The position numbers and the translations under genes are program-made. Below the pieces are notes generated by a model. It saw nothing but the letters and a program-made list of their open reading frames with translations. It was not told the origin of the DNA and searched no databases. Positions 1-11,913 of a DNA stretch of 64,000 nucleotides are shown one piece after another (position 1 is the first letter of the stretch; each line of letters starts with the position of its first letter). The stretch comes from Phyllosticta citribraziliensis (lineage: Eukaryota), in the NCBI RefSeq assembly GCF_038025025.1, contig NW_027117345.1, positions 1,116,001-1,180,000 of the forward strand, written 5' to 3'.

Positions 1-35
1 TTTCAGGGGGATGCGCTGACCAGCTTCGTATGTCC

Positions 36-239
36 GAATGCCCCAGCGGCGGAAGGGCCGCGAACGGTCGAATGCTCCAGCAGCGGAAACACTGAGAAGG
101 GTTGAATGCTCCTGGAGCGGAAGCACTGTGAAGAGCTGAATGCTCCAGCAGCGAAATCGCCTCGAAGTGAGGAGTGCTCCAGCAGCGGAAACGCTGTGAA
201 GGGTTGAATGCTCCAGCAGCGCTGCAGAAGCACCATGCA
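36..239. repeat. Degenerate 34-bp-period tandem array (minisatellite), about 6 units, consensus GAATGCTCCAGCAGCGGAA-N7-GAA-N5
   Basis: Core starts at 36, 70, 104, 138, 172 and 206, exactly 34 bp apart. Units at 70 and 172 differ at only 3 positions. Confidence 0.9.
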
Positions 240-2296
240 CCGCACGCACTCCTGACCAGCTGCTGACTTCTGTCTGGGCTGGACACCAGCATGACCTACT
301 GTTCGTGCTCATGACTCTACCTCAGCCGAAGCCGGCTACCAGACCGCACGCGCTCCGAAGCCGCTGCACGTGCTAACTGGCACCATATCCACTGCCAGCG
401 GCGGCGCAGTATAAAATGACCTCTTTCCCCCCTCCTGGGACAAATGCGCGCCGCTTCATGGCTCTTTTCTGCCACTTGTCAAGAATGAACAGCCACTGTC
501 TCTGTTCTGGGTTCTGCGGCTTTTGTGTCCTGGTACAATGCTTCCTATACGCCTATTCCCATGCCATGATACGATTATGGCGAAATTCATCATTGCCCAC
601 TGACGTGGTTTGCCCTGTCCCGTTCTTACTGCTGCAGCAACTCCTTGCTTCGCTCCATCCTTCGCAGAACTGGCCGTCCTTCTGCAACCGGATCAAGATT
701 CGCCGACGGCAGCAGAAGACAAACAGTCTTTTCACAGAATCACTTAGTCTGATTTCGGTTTCTTGTGCTCTGTGTGATGGCCAGAGGCTTAGTTGCGGAC
801 GCTGCTGGGGCGCTTTTATGGAGCTTAGACACACTGCCGAAAGCATGAGGAAAGACGAGTCGCACGCATTCATGGCGTCACGGTCAGCGGGCAAGCGAGT
901 CGGCATATCAGCTGCTTGGTAGGCAGTGGACCTGGATGGGGGCCAGAACAACGTACGTGCCTATCTCCTCTCGACTATCCTCGCCCATAAAGGGGCCCTC
1001 GAAGCCTCTGGAATCTTTCCTCGCTACAGCTCGCTGCCTCCGCTTGCTGCCAAGCGTGGGGGAACGCTGCACTCGCGGAAAGAGAGTACAGGACAACAAG
1101 ACTGTGTCTTTTGCGGCGCGGTGCTGCCGTGGCAGAAACTTGCAGGCAGCACGAGAACGAGGAAGAAATACGATGTCTCGCGGGCTGGGGTGCGGCGTGC
1201 AACACTGCTGAATTGCGTTTTCAGCCCCTGACGGCGCGACGCTGCGTGCTGGAGTGATGATGCTCAACTTTACGTGGCGGGAAATACATGCAATGTCCAA
1301 CGCTGGCCTCGCTTTCCAATTTCGACTCTTCGACTCCCACGAAGAGCCCCCGCTGGAACGGCCACAGTTGAGCTGGGACAGATCGCTGTAGTGCAATTGC
1401 AAGCGCGATGTTAATGATTATCGGTGTCCTTGACACTGTAGGAGTAGGGTTTTATAGTCAGTAGAAGGGTGCCAACAGGAGAAAGGGAGAAAGAAAAGAG
1501 GCATGCAGCATCCATGGCTTCTTTTGATGACAAAGGAGTAAAGGTATATAAGAATGCGCCGTGGCTGGGGGACTTGACCTCATTACAACTACACTACCTG
1601 GCCAGATCACATACCTCTGCTGCACGACAGACTTTTGGCTGCGGCAGCTTCTGGCATCATCGATTTGGCGGTGCTGACAGGAAGAGGTGATGGGGAGGCT
1701 CTCGGGCAAAATTGGGACGAGTAGTCACTGGTGATGAGCATCAAAGCTCCTAATGATGCAGGTCGTCAACATTACATTCCACCATCAAGCCTCACCGCAC
1801 ATGCTGCCCAAGGAGAAGCTTAACCTTCCCCACAACTGCCAACGCAAGTGGTCCATTTCGGCGGAATCTTCGCAGCCCGCCACAGTGACTGGGTGTTTGT
1901 CTGAGCTTTGCACTCTTTTGTTAGTGAGTGTAAAAGCTTTGCGGTGGAGAAGGGGACAGGCGAGGGGAGCCAGGGGTTATGTACCCATCGACAGAGGCCC
2001 GAGCGCTGACTCCGACGATAGAGGCGCTTGTGACTGTTGATGCTCATCGATCACCAGGTCTCCATGCCGTCAGTGCTTTTGGTCAGGTGTGTTGGTCGCG
2101 GTGGGTTCTGAGTCTTCACACGTGGCTAAGGATAAGGGCCTTTCAAACGCAAGAGAAGCCCAATCACTGAAGAATTTCGCCATGCACTAGTAGTACTACG
2201 TACCGCTAAAACTATCACCAGTCATCTGCAGTGACGAACGCATGCTTCCAGGCCTCATAAATGGGATCAACCGAAAGTTCCCTTCCTGGATGCAGC

Positions 2297-5200
2297 CTAC
2301 GCATACTGCAGTCTATCCTCCGTCCACCCCGGCTGCAACTCCGACCAATCTCTCGCGTACCCAAACGCAGAGACGTACTTGCCATACGCAAACAACTCGG
2401 CCTCGACCTTCGCGCCCGTCTCCGTCTGCGCCCACACGCTCAGCGAAACCACATTGTCGCCCTGATTGTTCAAGATGCCCGGGGGGACAGGGAAGCGCGT
2501 CTGCGGCCCAATGTGCGGGAAAAACTTGCCGTACTGGTAGCCGTTGACGAACAGCTGTATCCTCGCGGGGACAGTCGTGGAGGCGCTCAGCTCGATGCCG
2601 ATGGGCACGTCCAGATCGTCCGGGATGTCGAGCGAGAATGTTGTGCGGTACCACTTGATTCCCGCGCCCGTGAAGCCGTCCCCAGGGCTCCCAGCATCCC
2701 AGGCCGCGTCGTCGAAGCCGGGCAGGTGCCACCCGAGGCGCTCGCCCAGCAGGCCGCCCTCGTTCTGCGGGCCGCGGACCGGATCGATGTTCGCGGCGCC
2801 GCCCGCGTTGCCCTGAATCTTCCACCTCGTAAAGTCAGACCCGACGAGCTGCGCTCCCAGGATGCCGCGAGTGTTCTCCGGCCCGTAGGGCCCCTGGCTG
2901 TCCTGGTCGTGGCCCGTGTAGTCGGTGACGACGGTCAGCACGTTGTCGCGGTCCTGCAGCGTGGCTTGGGTGAAGTCCAGCTCGTCCCACGAGGCCAGGA
3001 CGGACGCGTTGCCTTCGAAGCCGCCGGCGAGCTTGCCGTTGACCCAGGCGGACCATCCGGCTGCTGCCCCGCCTTGCACCGTCACGTTGGCGGAGGTGGC
3101 GTTGCGTCCGTTGAAGTAGCCGCGGTAGACGAGGATGCCGGAGTAGTAGCCGTAGTCGCTGCCGTAGAGGACGGGCAGCGTGATCGGCGCGGCGGGATTC
3201 AGGGTCGTGGTCTTGTTGGCTACGGTCCATCGAGAATCGTCGTATGACGGGTCAAGCTCCGGGAGAGAGTCGGCAACCTTCCAGCCCGTCAGAGCAGGCA
3301 GTGAAATTTCGCGGTCCGCAGCTCCTGGAAGTTCGGCCAACAAGGCACCGTACTCTGTCTTGTTGGTCGCTAGAGCCTTGCCGTTCCAGGTGATGCTCGA
3401 AACCGACGAATCTCCTGTGTATACCTCAATCGTTGTCGAGTTGGCGTTGTCTCCAGTGACGAGAACGGCTTCGCCAGATATGCTGGCACTCCGCACGAGG
3501 TAGGGGCCCAAAACGAATATTTGCTCATTCGATGCCACTGCAGGATTAGTTGTCGTCGAGGGAGCGAAAAAAGTGAATGCCGATTCGCGATCCAAGAGAT
3601 AAAGGACAGGTCCATGAGCAAACTTGACAACGCTTGCCCCGATCCCTTGAGTGTGGCGAAAGATTGCGGAGCTTCCATTGCTCTGCTCGACCGCAAAGTC
3701 GGTCGCCGCTCCGAAAGTAGCAAAGTCGCTCACGCCCCCTGACTTGAAGGCGATCTCGCCGACTTGGCCGGGGTTGAGATAGAACGCCAGGACTGGAATA
3801 TCGAAGATACCATAGGTCAAGACTTCTGCAGACGAGTAAAGAAGCGTCAAATTTCCAACCTTGTAATCAGTCACGACAATGCGAGACTGCCGGCCATCCA
3901 AGGAGACGTCGGGTACAGTGATTTGGCCAAGCGAAGTATTGACGACAAGGTCAAACCAGGTATCGTCTTGTGATCTGGAATTATCGTGCTGCGTGATGTA
4001 GAAGCCGGCAAAAGTGTCTGGGTTTCGGAGAACCCAAGTGTAAATCTCGCTGGTATTGGCCGCGTTCCCCGTTCCATTGGATTCCATGTTGGTTTTGAGA
4101 AGGTCCTCGCTTGCTCGCGTGAATAAGGCGATGAGCTTGGTCTGTTGGAACTTTGGCTGAATCTCACGCGTCTCCCGCAAAGGAGCAGAGTAGTCGTAAG
4201 ATGTGTACACGACCGGCGCCGCGCTGTGACCCCAATTTGTACCGCCGAAGGCCATGTACATGTTGAATAGCGTGACTCTGTTGGCGATGTTGTTCTTGTA
4301 AAAGACATCCGGGTACTCTGGAGAGCGTTCTGATTCACAGTCGTCGTAGAAAAATCCGCCCCAAGGCTGGAACCACCTGGGAAAGGATCAGTGGTTGAGG
4401 GGAAACGCCAAGTGAATCGAGACGTACCCTCCTCTAAACTCTGGCAATAGCGATGGTTGCGTAAAGCTGTAATTTTGGAACCACTGGTAGTATGTCCGTA
4501 CAAGGGTAAATCCGCTGCTTGGATTTGAACAGCTTAAGCCTCCAGGGTAACTGTGTTTGCGTTAGCTCATATCCTAATGGGTCGAAATCGACTCACCTGT
4601 CAAGACCGTAGATGTCTACCGCGCCGCCGACGTCCATATAGTCTGTCGACCAGCTCTGCGAGCGCATGCCTTTCTCGTTGGAAGTAAAGGGAACAACAAT
4701 ACCCAGATCCCTCAGCTCTTTCTTGATCTGCTCCATGTAGAGTACGAGCGTATTGTTCGCCTCATGCACCAGTTCTTGGAGCTCGTTTTCGACTTGCACG
4801 AGCAATACCGGTCCACCCTCAGTCACCTGGTTGCGCCTTAAAATCTCGCCAATTTCTCTGATCCATGGCTTCCACGCCTCATAGTACGTCTCGTCTGAAG
4901 TGCGCAAATCACCCGCGCTGCCGTCGGTGCCCCAGAGGGCAATCCCCCCTGCGCTGGTTTCTGCGTTGCAGTAAGGTCCGGGACGTGCAATCACGTAAAG
5001 TCCTGCGGCTTTGGCTTCGTCAAGAAGTCGCTGAACGTCCTTGCCGGGAGAGGAGAAGTCGAATACATCCGGGGAAGCTGAGTGATACGACCAGAAGAAG
5101 TAGATACTGCACGTCACCAGTCAGCAGAGATCTTGAAGTGTGTCATTCGTAATACCTGACAGTGTTCAGCCCACTCGATTTGAACCTTTGAAAAATGTCG

Positions 5201-5382
5201 GCCCAGAGATCTGGATTCGGCAGCCGCTGGTAGTGAAACTCGCCACTAAAAACAAAGAGACGATCGCCATCTACGAGCAGACTGTGCTCATCCCATTGCA
5301 CATAATCAGTGAACCCATTGTCTCTCTGTGCGAAAGAGACTACGGCTAAAAGCAGAACAAGCAGAATCGAGAAAGGCGACAT
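2297..5382 (-). CDS. Secreted GH35 beta-galactosidase (fungal Lac-type), 4 exons
   Basis: Signal peptide MSPFSILLVLLLAVVSFA; motifs FSGEFHYQR, RPGPYCNAE, QVENE (acid/base Glu), PEFRGGWFQPWGG (nucleophile Glu), YMAFGGTNWG, YTSYDYSAP, GPQTRFPVPPGIL. Introns about 5107-5155, 4551-4596 and 4377-4427 join the ORF pieces in frame. Confidence 0.96.
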
Positions 5383-6245
5383 TGTCAAGGACAAAGGCGC
5401 AGCCCATCAGCGCTCAGTCTTAACTTGTATGTCCTTATACGATGCCAAACATGACGCCATCACGGGCTTTGGGTGCAAGCCAGATCCATCAATCGGACGG
5501 GCTGATCTTCGCTAGGTTAAATAAAACAAGTTCGCGTTCCTGTTCCTGGAATTTTGCCGTTGGTAGCTGCATGTTCATCAACAAGACCGGGGGATGGCTG
5601 TAATTTACAGCAAATCTTGACATGGAGCCCTATGCGGACTTTCGCATGATCATAGACCGAGGTTTGTGGGGTACTGCGAGAGGAGTTTTGCCGCTTTCCT
5701 GCGTCGGGGGTGGGACGGCAGGCGCCACACACGTGAATGATGCAAAGATGCGTGTGGGTTTCGCTAGCCAGATGGAGGATGCACCTACTGGAACAAGATA
5801 TTTGAAAGTCATTCTTCAGGGATTTGAAGCTGTGGAGGGGCAATGAGAGTTCCCAAGGGCTGACTGGGTTGATTCTTGACACTGCTGGTCTTCAAGGTTG
5901 AATCTCCAGACCTGCCTAATTAGGCAGGCCTCCCGGTCATCCTGGCAATACTGGTCTCCAAGATGCTTGAATGGCAAAGGTGCAAGCACTGATCTAGCAG
6001 AATAATGATAGGCAAAGTGGTTGAGAAATTTTGAATTCAATTTCCCGATTCCAGAAGAGTTGATGTAAGCGCCGAGGGAATGGTCCCAGACTATGTCTTT
6101 ATACTCCCTCTTCAAGACATAGGAATCCAGGAGACCCACGTGGTCGGGTAGTCAAGGAAGCCTCCGAGTCGTTCAGATCATCAAGTGTTGGATAGCGACA
6201 TTCTGGAATGTGGTTCAGTTCGTGTGGTGTTTTAAAGAGTCGACG

Positions 6246-6479
6246 CTACGGTATGAGAACAAGTGCGCACGCAGCCTGGCAAGCTCCGTAGGCGCTGTTG
6301 CAGTTAATGATGGCTGGAGGCGCGGCAGCGGCCAGGACGGTGCCGAACGTAAATCCGGCTGCGGCATAGCATGCGACAACCACGCCCGAACAGCCAGCTT
6401 GGCAAATGCCATAGCCCAATGGTCCAGCTGCTACAGAGGCTGCCATCGTGAGGGAGGCCACAAGCTTGGTGACACGCAT
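6246..6479 (-). CDS. Small secreted cysteine-rich protein (77 aa, 6 Cys)
   Basis: ATG start, hydrophobic signal peptide ending in VAA, mature part GPLGYGICQAGCSGVVVACYAAAGFTFG...CNSAYGACQAAC. Resembles a widespread GP.AYGICQAGC fungal small-protein family recalled from memory. Confidence 0.88.
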   Translation of the reverse strand: MRVTKLVASLTMAASVAAGPLGYGICQAGCSGVVVACYAAAGFTFGTVLAAAAPPAIINCNSAYGACQAACALVLIP

Positions 6480-8488
6480 TTTTGGATCTGCGACAAGATT
6501 TCAGTCCCTGGGAAATTCATGAAGAGGAAGTTGTTACCGTGAGTTTGGTGAATTTGCGCTCGGTGGTGAGTTGAATGAAAGGCCGCGAGGGCGAAGGTTG
6601 GATCCTCTTTCAGGGTTATCTTGATTTACTTATAGCCAAGATCAGGCATCGAGAGAACAAGTAGAAGGAGAAGGAAGGAGACCTTCAAAGTTTGCTTTCA
6701 CTTGCTCAGGCTTTGTCCAAGGTGAATTTCTCTGGGTGACTGCTTCTGAAATACACGCTTCATAGTGGTGACTTCTAAAAGACTTTCGCGGGTTGTCCAA
6801 GACACAACCAGTACTCTTCGTTGACGGTTCCAGTAACCACACCAGGTTGGCTCTCAAGCCGACGCTTGATGAGGAATTCTCGACGCGCATGCTATTCTTA
6901 GACACAATAGCTCGCATGTTCTGTTCGGAGAGGCGCATAGGAATCGGTCTTGGTCCTTGAGAGAGTGGGGTCGGGAGTAGCTGTCTACCAGCTTCGCACG
7001 CACATCGTCGATTCCTCACCTTCATGGATCCATGGTGTCAAGTGCTCGCAATGCCAGTAGGGCCCGTACAAGTTGACCACGCGTAGTGTGAGCACGCTGT
7101 CGGCGTGCACTGGTTCAAGGTCTGACTTGTTCAATCGCTCGTTGCTCGGCCGCTGAGGCTCCAGGGAACCGGACTTGTCTTGGGCTGGGTGACTGAGTGG
7201 GAATACGAAGCGTCAGAGAGCGGCATTGCAGCGATGAGCGTTGTGGTTGGTCGCGAGCCGTCAAGTCCAACGGCCCCTCGTTCTGCAAGGCACGGGCCAG
7301 GGAATGACTAATCTGGTCTAAACCATTTTCAGACGCAGCTATCAGGCTGCCAAACAACAAGTCCAGGTCCCTGCCAAAAGAACTCGGCTTCGACGCTCTC
7401 TCTTCACCGGCCGAGCTACACGACATCCCCATGACCCACCCCAGCTACACATTGCGACCAAGGCAACCTGGTGATGAAAGATGACAACGGCTCTACAGTT
7501 GGGGTCCTCGTGCCAGGTCTTGTGACAACACCGACGCTTCGAAGGATTCCAAACAGGCACAGAAGTCCAAGCTGAATTGCTTTGATGACCTTTGCCACTT
7601 CAGCCTGCCTCGCCCTTATCATCATGCCATGTGCGTCGCCTCTGCGTCGCCTCGCTTGGCCGCTCCTCCTCAGCGCCAATACGGCAATTCGACTTCTAAT
7701 TGGACAGCCGACCGCCTCCAATTTTTGAAGGTGCACAAATCGAGCGCACCTCGCAGCCATGCAGCGTGATGGGTCGATAACTAGAGATGCGCTCGCGGAT
7801 TTGGCATGCGGCTCAAAAGCTCAGACTTGATGATGCTTCCGCTTTGCAGAGGAACCGGACGCCAGACAAGTCTCAATATTCCGGATCACAACGCGGTTTG
7901 AACTGGACTTTGCCCGACGCTGGCTCAGGCTCATATCCACGGCTCTTCGTTTCCCACTGGTCTTTCTACCAGAGTGTTTCGGGATTCTTTTCTCTTGGGG
8001 TCCTCATGCTTGCGTTACCGTGGCGCAACGCTACAGCCCAAGAGGTGCACGAGAGCCGGGCTGACAAGATAAAGATGACCGGGCGCAAGGGGAAGCCTTC
8101 GAGAAGCTGTGGCGTCAGCCGAATAGGACAAGAACCAGCAAAGCCTCCAGATTACGAGTACGGCGGCGCGGACTCTTGTAACTGGACAGACAAAAGATAC
8201 TGCAGTTGGCCCCGGGGTCGAGTTCGAGCCAGAGGCTGAGATGCTTGAAGAGGCCGGCGCCTCAGCAAGACAATCCAAGGCAGCGCTGCGTATTTAGGAC
8301 CCATCTGCCTGGGTCTCATTGCAGCACCACTAGCGGTTTTGCAGCCTTTCAATCGGTCTTTGGTAAATATTGGCACCCTACTCATCAACGAATTCCTTCT
8401 TCCAATCGGAAGTAATATCAACCGTCCAATACACAGCTCCATGAAATTGTCGACACGTGACTACTCACACAGAACGGGGTTAGTCCGA

Positions 8489-10450
8489 ATGTCGCATCTG
8501 GTCTTGTGTTGCTTCCTAGCGCTGGTTCCGCTCTCATCTGCTTACAACGATGCGACATGTTGCGAGCTCGCACGAAGCAAGAGCGCGTTCCTCCCAATCT
8601 TCAACTCCAATATATCTTCACCCTGCGGGCAAAAGTATGCGGACGACATCCCTCCGGCCTCGAGTCTTTACATCACCTACGAATTTTGCCACAAGAATTG
8701 CCCTGGAATCGGGCTCTCCAAGGCCGATGAGCCGGACCAGTGGGCTGCACCACTCGTGCAGTTCCTTCTGCCGTCGATCATATTCTCAGGGTCAATTCCG
8801 AGGTCGATCCAGTTCGAATATGCATGTCCAATTCAAATCAATCCCTCCACGCCACTGAGTCGCTTGGCATCCTACCTCGTGTCTTTTACCTGGTCGCTGG
8901 TCGTCATGGCCTGCGTTTTCGTCGACACTTTGGGCTGGATTACCATAGTCGTAGCGTCGGCATCGGAAATGCTTGTTGGCGCATTGCACGAAGGGCTTCT
9001 CGATCATCGCATGGTGAAATTCTTGCGAACCAAAAAGAGCATGGTCAAGCTTTCTCTGGACGACCGGATAGACTTGCTTGTTGCGGTAGTCTCGGGCAAC
9101 TTGAAAATGGGTTCTCGTGTCAACCCAAGGATGGAGATATTGGCTGCACTGCAAGACTGTCCACGTGAGGAGAAGAAGACGAAACTCCGAGGTCTCATGA
9201 ACGTTCAAATTCCGTATGGTTCTGCTGTAGGCGCACCAGTCGTTTTCTTTCTTGGGTCTTTTGTCTACAACATCCTCGACATTAGGACCCGGCCTTCAGA
9301 CGAAGATAGCGCCGAGAGCATCGCCTTTGGAGTCGAGTGGATGCTTTGCGTTCATATTGCCATTGCTGCTGGATGTCTCCTAGCTGCCAATAACCCCTCA
9401 GCTGCTTCGATAGTTACGGGTTTCGATACTAGCGAATTCACACTCCGTCGTGCGCCTACAGTCACCAGTCTCATCAAAGGGAGATCGCACTTCATCGGCT
9501 CATCTGCTTCGGAGTCCTTCGGATTGACGAAGATTTACAAGAATCGCTACCAGCCAGTTGCTTTACGAAGTCGCGGGAAAAACAAGGAAAGATGGGCACA
9601 GGAGACGACGGCGTGGCTTGAGAACATTGAAGGGTTTCAAAAGCACATACAAATCACGAAATGGGGCTTCTTCTTCAAAATTGTCCTCCCAACCTTTGTC
9701 CTCATTTCTCTTCCTCCGATTGCAGGTGGTGTCGTGGTAAGTCTGCCAATCAACGCACTACTTCGCAGGCTAACAGGACTACAGGCCTATCAAACACCTC
9801 CAGTTGGTTGGGGCTGCCGCTCGCTGTCTTTCTTCTGCTACGCGGGCTGCCTAGTCGCACAGTTGATACTTGCAGCCCTGAAAAGAGTTACGCCCAATCG
9901 CGGTCGACGTTATTGGGTTTTGCGGATCTTCCGCTGGATCGTCTTTGTACTCTCAGCTTTTGTGGCACTGGGATCGACCACGATGCAGATTGTTGGAACG
10001 TATCGAAACTGCCTTTGCTACGTCCATGCCACGGATTGGCTCGACCTCGATCGAGCGTTTGTGAATGTGGCAAGCGATACAGCAGCCCAACGACATTCGA
10101 GCAAAAACTGGATTGAAATTGGGGCCGTGGCGACGGCTTTTATGGCAGCCTGCTGTTACGTCGCTTGGTGGTACCAAAGAGACATAAGAGATGGTTTTAT
10201 TTCCGCACTGGATCAACTGGATGAAGCCACGGAAGCTTCTGGACACCGCGGTAGACCGAGATCTTCGACTGGCGCATCAGTCACCTCATCGATTCGTCCT
10301 CTCCTTCAGTTGCCTTTGCACTCTCCGGCATCTTCGACCATGAGTGTGTCGGACGTTGAGCTTGGTGATCTTGATGTCGCAAAATCCAACGACTTCTTAC
10401 GGCCTCCTCCTGCAACGCGCAGCAGAGAGACTTCTCGAGGACGGACATGA
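8489..10450 (+). CDS. Uncharacterised multi-pass membrane protein with signal peptide and Cys-rich N-terminal ectodomain
   Basis: Long ORF; likely ATG at 8489 (MSHLVLCCFLALVPLSSA); CC..CGQKY..C..NCPG domain followed by about 8 hydrophobic segments. Probable in-frame 48-nt intron at 9737-9784 (GTAAGT...GCTAAC...CAG). Confidence 0.85.
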   Translation: MSHLVLCCFLALVPLSSAYNDATCCELARSKSAFLPIFNSNISSPCGQKYADDIPPASSLYITYEFCHKNCPGIGLSKADEPDQWAAPLVQFLLPSIIFSGSIPRSIQFEYACPIQINPSTPLSRLASYLVSFTWSLVVMACVFVDTLGWITIVVASASEMLVGALHEGLLDHRMVKFLRTKKSMVKLSLDDRIDLLVAVVSGNLKMGSRVNPRMEILAALQDCPREEKKTKLRGLMNVQIPYGSAVGAPVVFFLGSFVYNILDIRTRPSDEDSAESIAFGVEWMLCVHIAIAAGCLLAANNPSAASIVTGFDTSEFTLRRAPTVTSLIKGRSHFIGSSASESFGLTKIYKNRYQPVALRSRGKNKERWAQETTAWLENIEGFQKHIQITKWGFFFKIVLPTFVLISLPPIAGGVVVSLPINALLRRLTGLQAYQTPPVGWGCRSLSFFCYAGCLVAQLILAALKRVTPNRGRRYWVLRIFRWIVFVLSAFVALGSTTMQIVGTYRNCLCYVHATDWLDLDRAFVNVASDTAAQRHSSKNWIEIGAVATAFMAACCYVAWWYQRDIRDGFISALDQLDEATEASGHRGRPRSSTGASVTSSIRPLLQLPLHSPASSTMSVSDVELGDLDVAKSNDFLRPPPATRSRETSRGRT

Positions 10451-11913
10451 GCTTCCCACTGATCGGACTGCATCAGATTGTTTCTCAAACATACAAGAGC
10501 ACCTTGTTTCCTTGCCTTCGCTTGGATTAATGTCTCTCGGGGATACGAAGTAGTCCGAGGTCCGATGGTCCATCCTGCAATTATTGTGGATCCAGACCAT
10601 CAATTCAGCTGTATATCAATGTCGCCCTATCCGCGAGTCTTGGAACCGTCTTCCTTCGAACTTTTGGATCGCTGATTTATCCAGATCATGACTTGTGGAA
10701 ACATCTCTTACTTTCCCGACTCATATCAAGGCGCCTCCAGTCTGCAGCTCCAGCATGCATGTCAGTTCCCCTTTACACTTTCACTACGAACACGGGGTCC
10801 AGTTCTCCATTTCGAAGTCTTACTGACATGTGAGCCAAGTTCCGGCCTTGTTGTAATGGGCGAACCCTCCCGATCTTGACTTCAACGAGAGTAAGAAAGC
10901 CGTCTTACTTACCTCAACAAGCCACGCAGATCTTCTCCATATATGCACCGGTCGAAGACTGCCTTCAACACCAAGTCTTACTCGCACACCGAAGATTTTC
11001 CACATCCACGGTCCGGCCACGACCAATCAAGCTGCCTCTCCACACGAAACCATGCAATGAACGGCACTCTGGGATGCCTTTTAAATCTACTACAAACCGA
11101 TATCACCGGGCTGCCTTATGAGCGGACTCAGCACTCAATAGCCGACTTGGACCGTGGCTCCCTGCGCTTCATAGCGGAAGTCCTCCTCCAGATCCGGCCT
11201 GAGACTCTATTAAGAGAAAGAGGTACCATGATCAGGAGAGCTCGTGGCTCTGAGCCCCCTCAGCCTCTTGCCTTGCTCTCGAACTGGCGGGACGGTCCGG
11301 TCTCGGCTGAAATCTTATCTTATCGGGACCTCCAAGCGCTTCGAGCTTGCGGGAAGCGTCGTAAGCGCGCTCCTTTTGCATTATTGCCGGGCGTTCTTTC
11401 TTTTCCGAACCCGCCGACGTCTTTCGAGCGGGCAGGATGCCTGACGGAAATATTCCAGTTTTCTTCCACAGTCTGGGAGGAACGGAATGAAGCCTTCTAC
11501 AAGAGCCAGGGGCCGTCGTTTCCAGCAAACAAAGCCAAAGCCTCGCAACGCTTTGGGCCTCTGACGCGTAGTCCATGCAAATCCGAAGAGTTGAGGCTCT
11601 TGTTTCATGCAATGCTACTCGCGCGTTGCCTGATCTGCGAACAGGATTATCCGCACAGACTGTTGCCAGCATCACAAGAGCCCCTACGCGCACGGATTAT
11701 TGCGCCGACTAATTCGCCATGAAGCAAGCATACAGGTGCTTGTATGAATTTTGAAGGCGGACGCGTCAGCCATACGAAACCGAACTCGGCAAAGAACAAC
11801 ACTGCGCAGGACGATGAGGCCTTTCCATTTAAGTTGCGCCGTCCCCAGTATGAATCGTAACGTCCCAGCTCGCCTGTCACTCATTACTGGCTGTCTTGCA
11901 CAGCTCCATCAAG

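Noticed and set aside
36..239. CRISPR array interpretation of the 34-bp repeat
   Set aside because: Eukaryotic context, no cas genes, and variable segments only 5-15 bp long that are related to each other.
2261..3247. 328-aa plus-strand ORF (and similar long antisense ORFs at 13482-14468, 29493-30449 and 55285-56775)
   Set aside because: Antisense shadows of GC3-rich real genes; no independent motifs.
6642..7760. Several short minus-strand ORFs
   Set aside because: No recognisable motifs or consistent exon structure.
10943..11722. 259-aa ATG ORF upstream of the GH3 gene
   Set aside because: No recognisable domain or clear codon bias, and it occupies the likely GH3 promoter; cannot be supported without homology or expression data.
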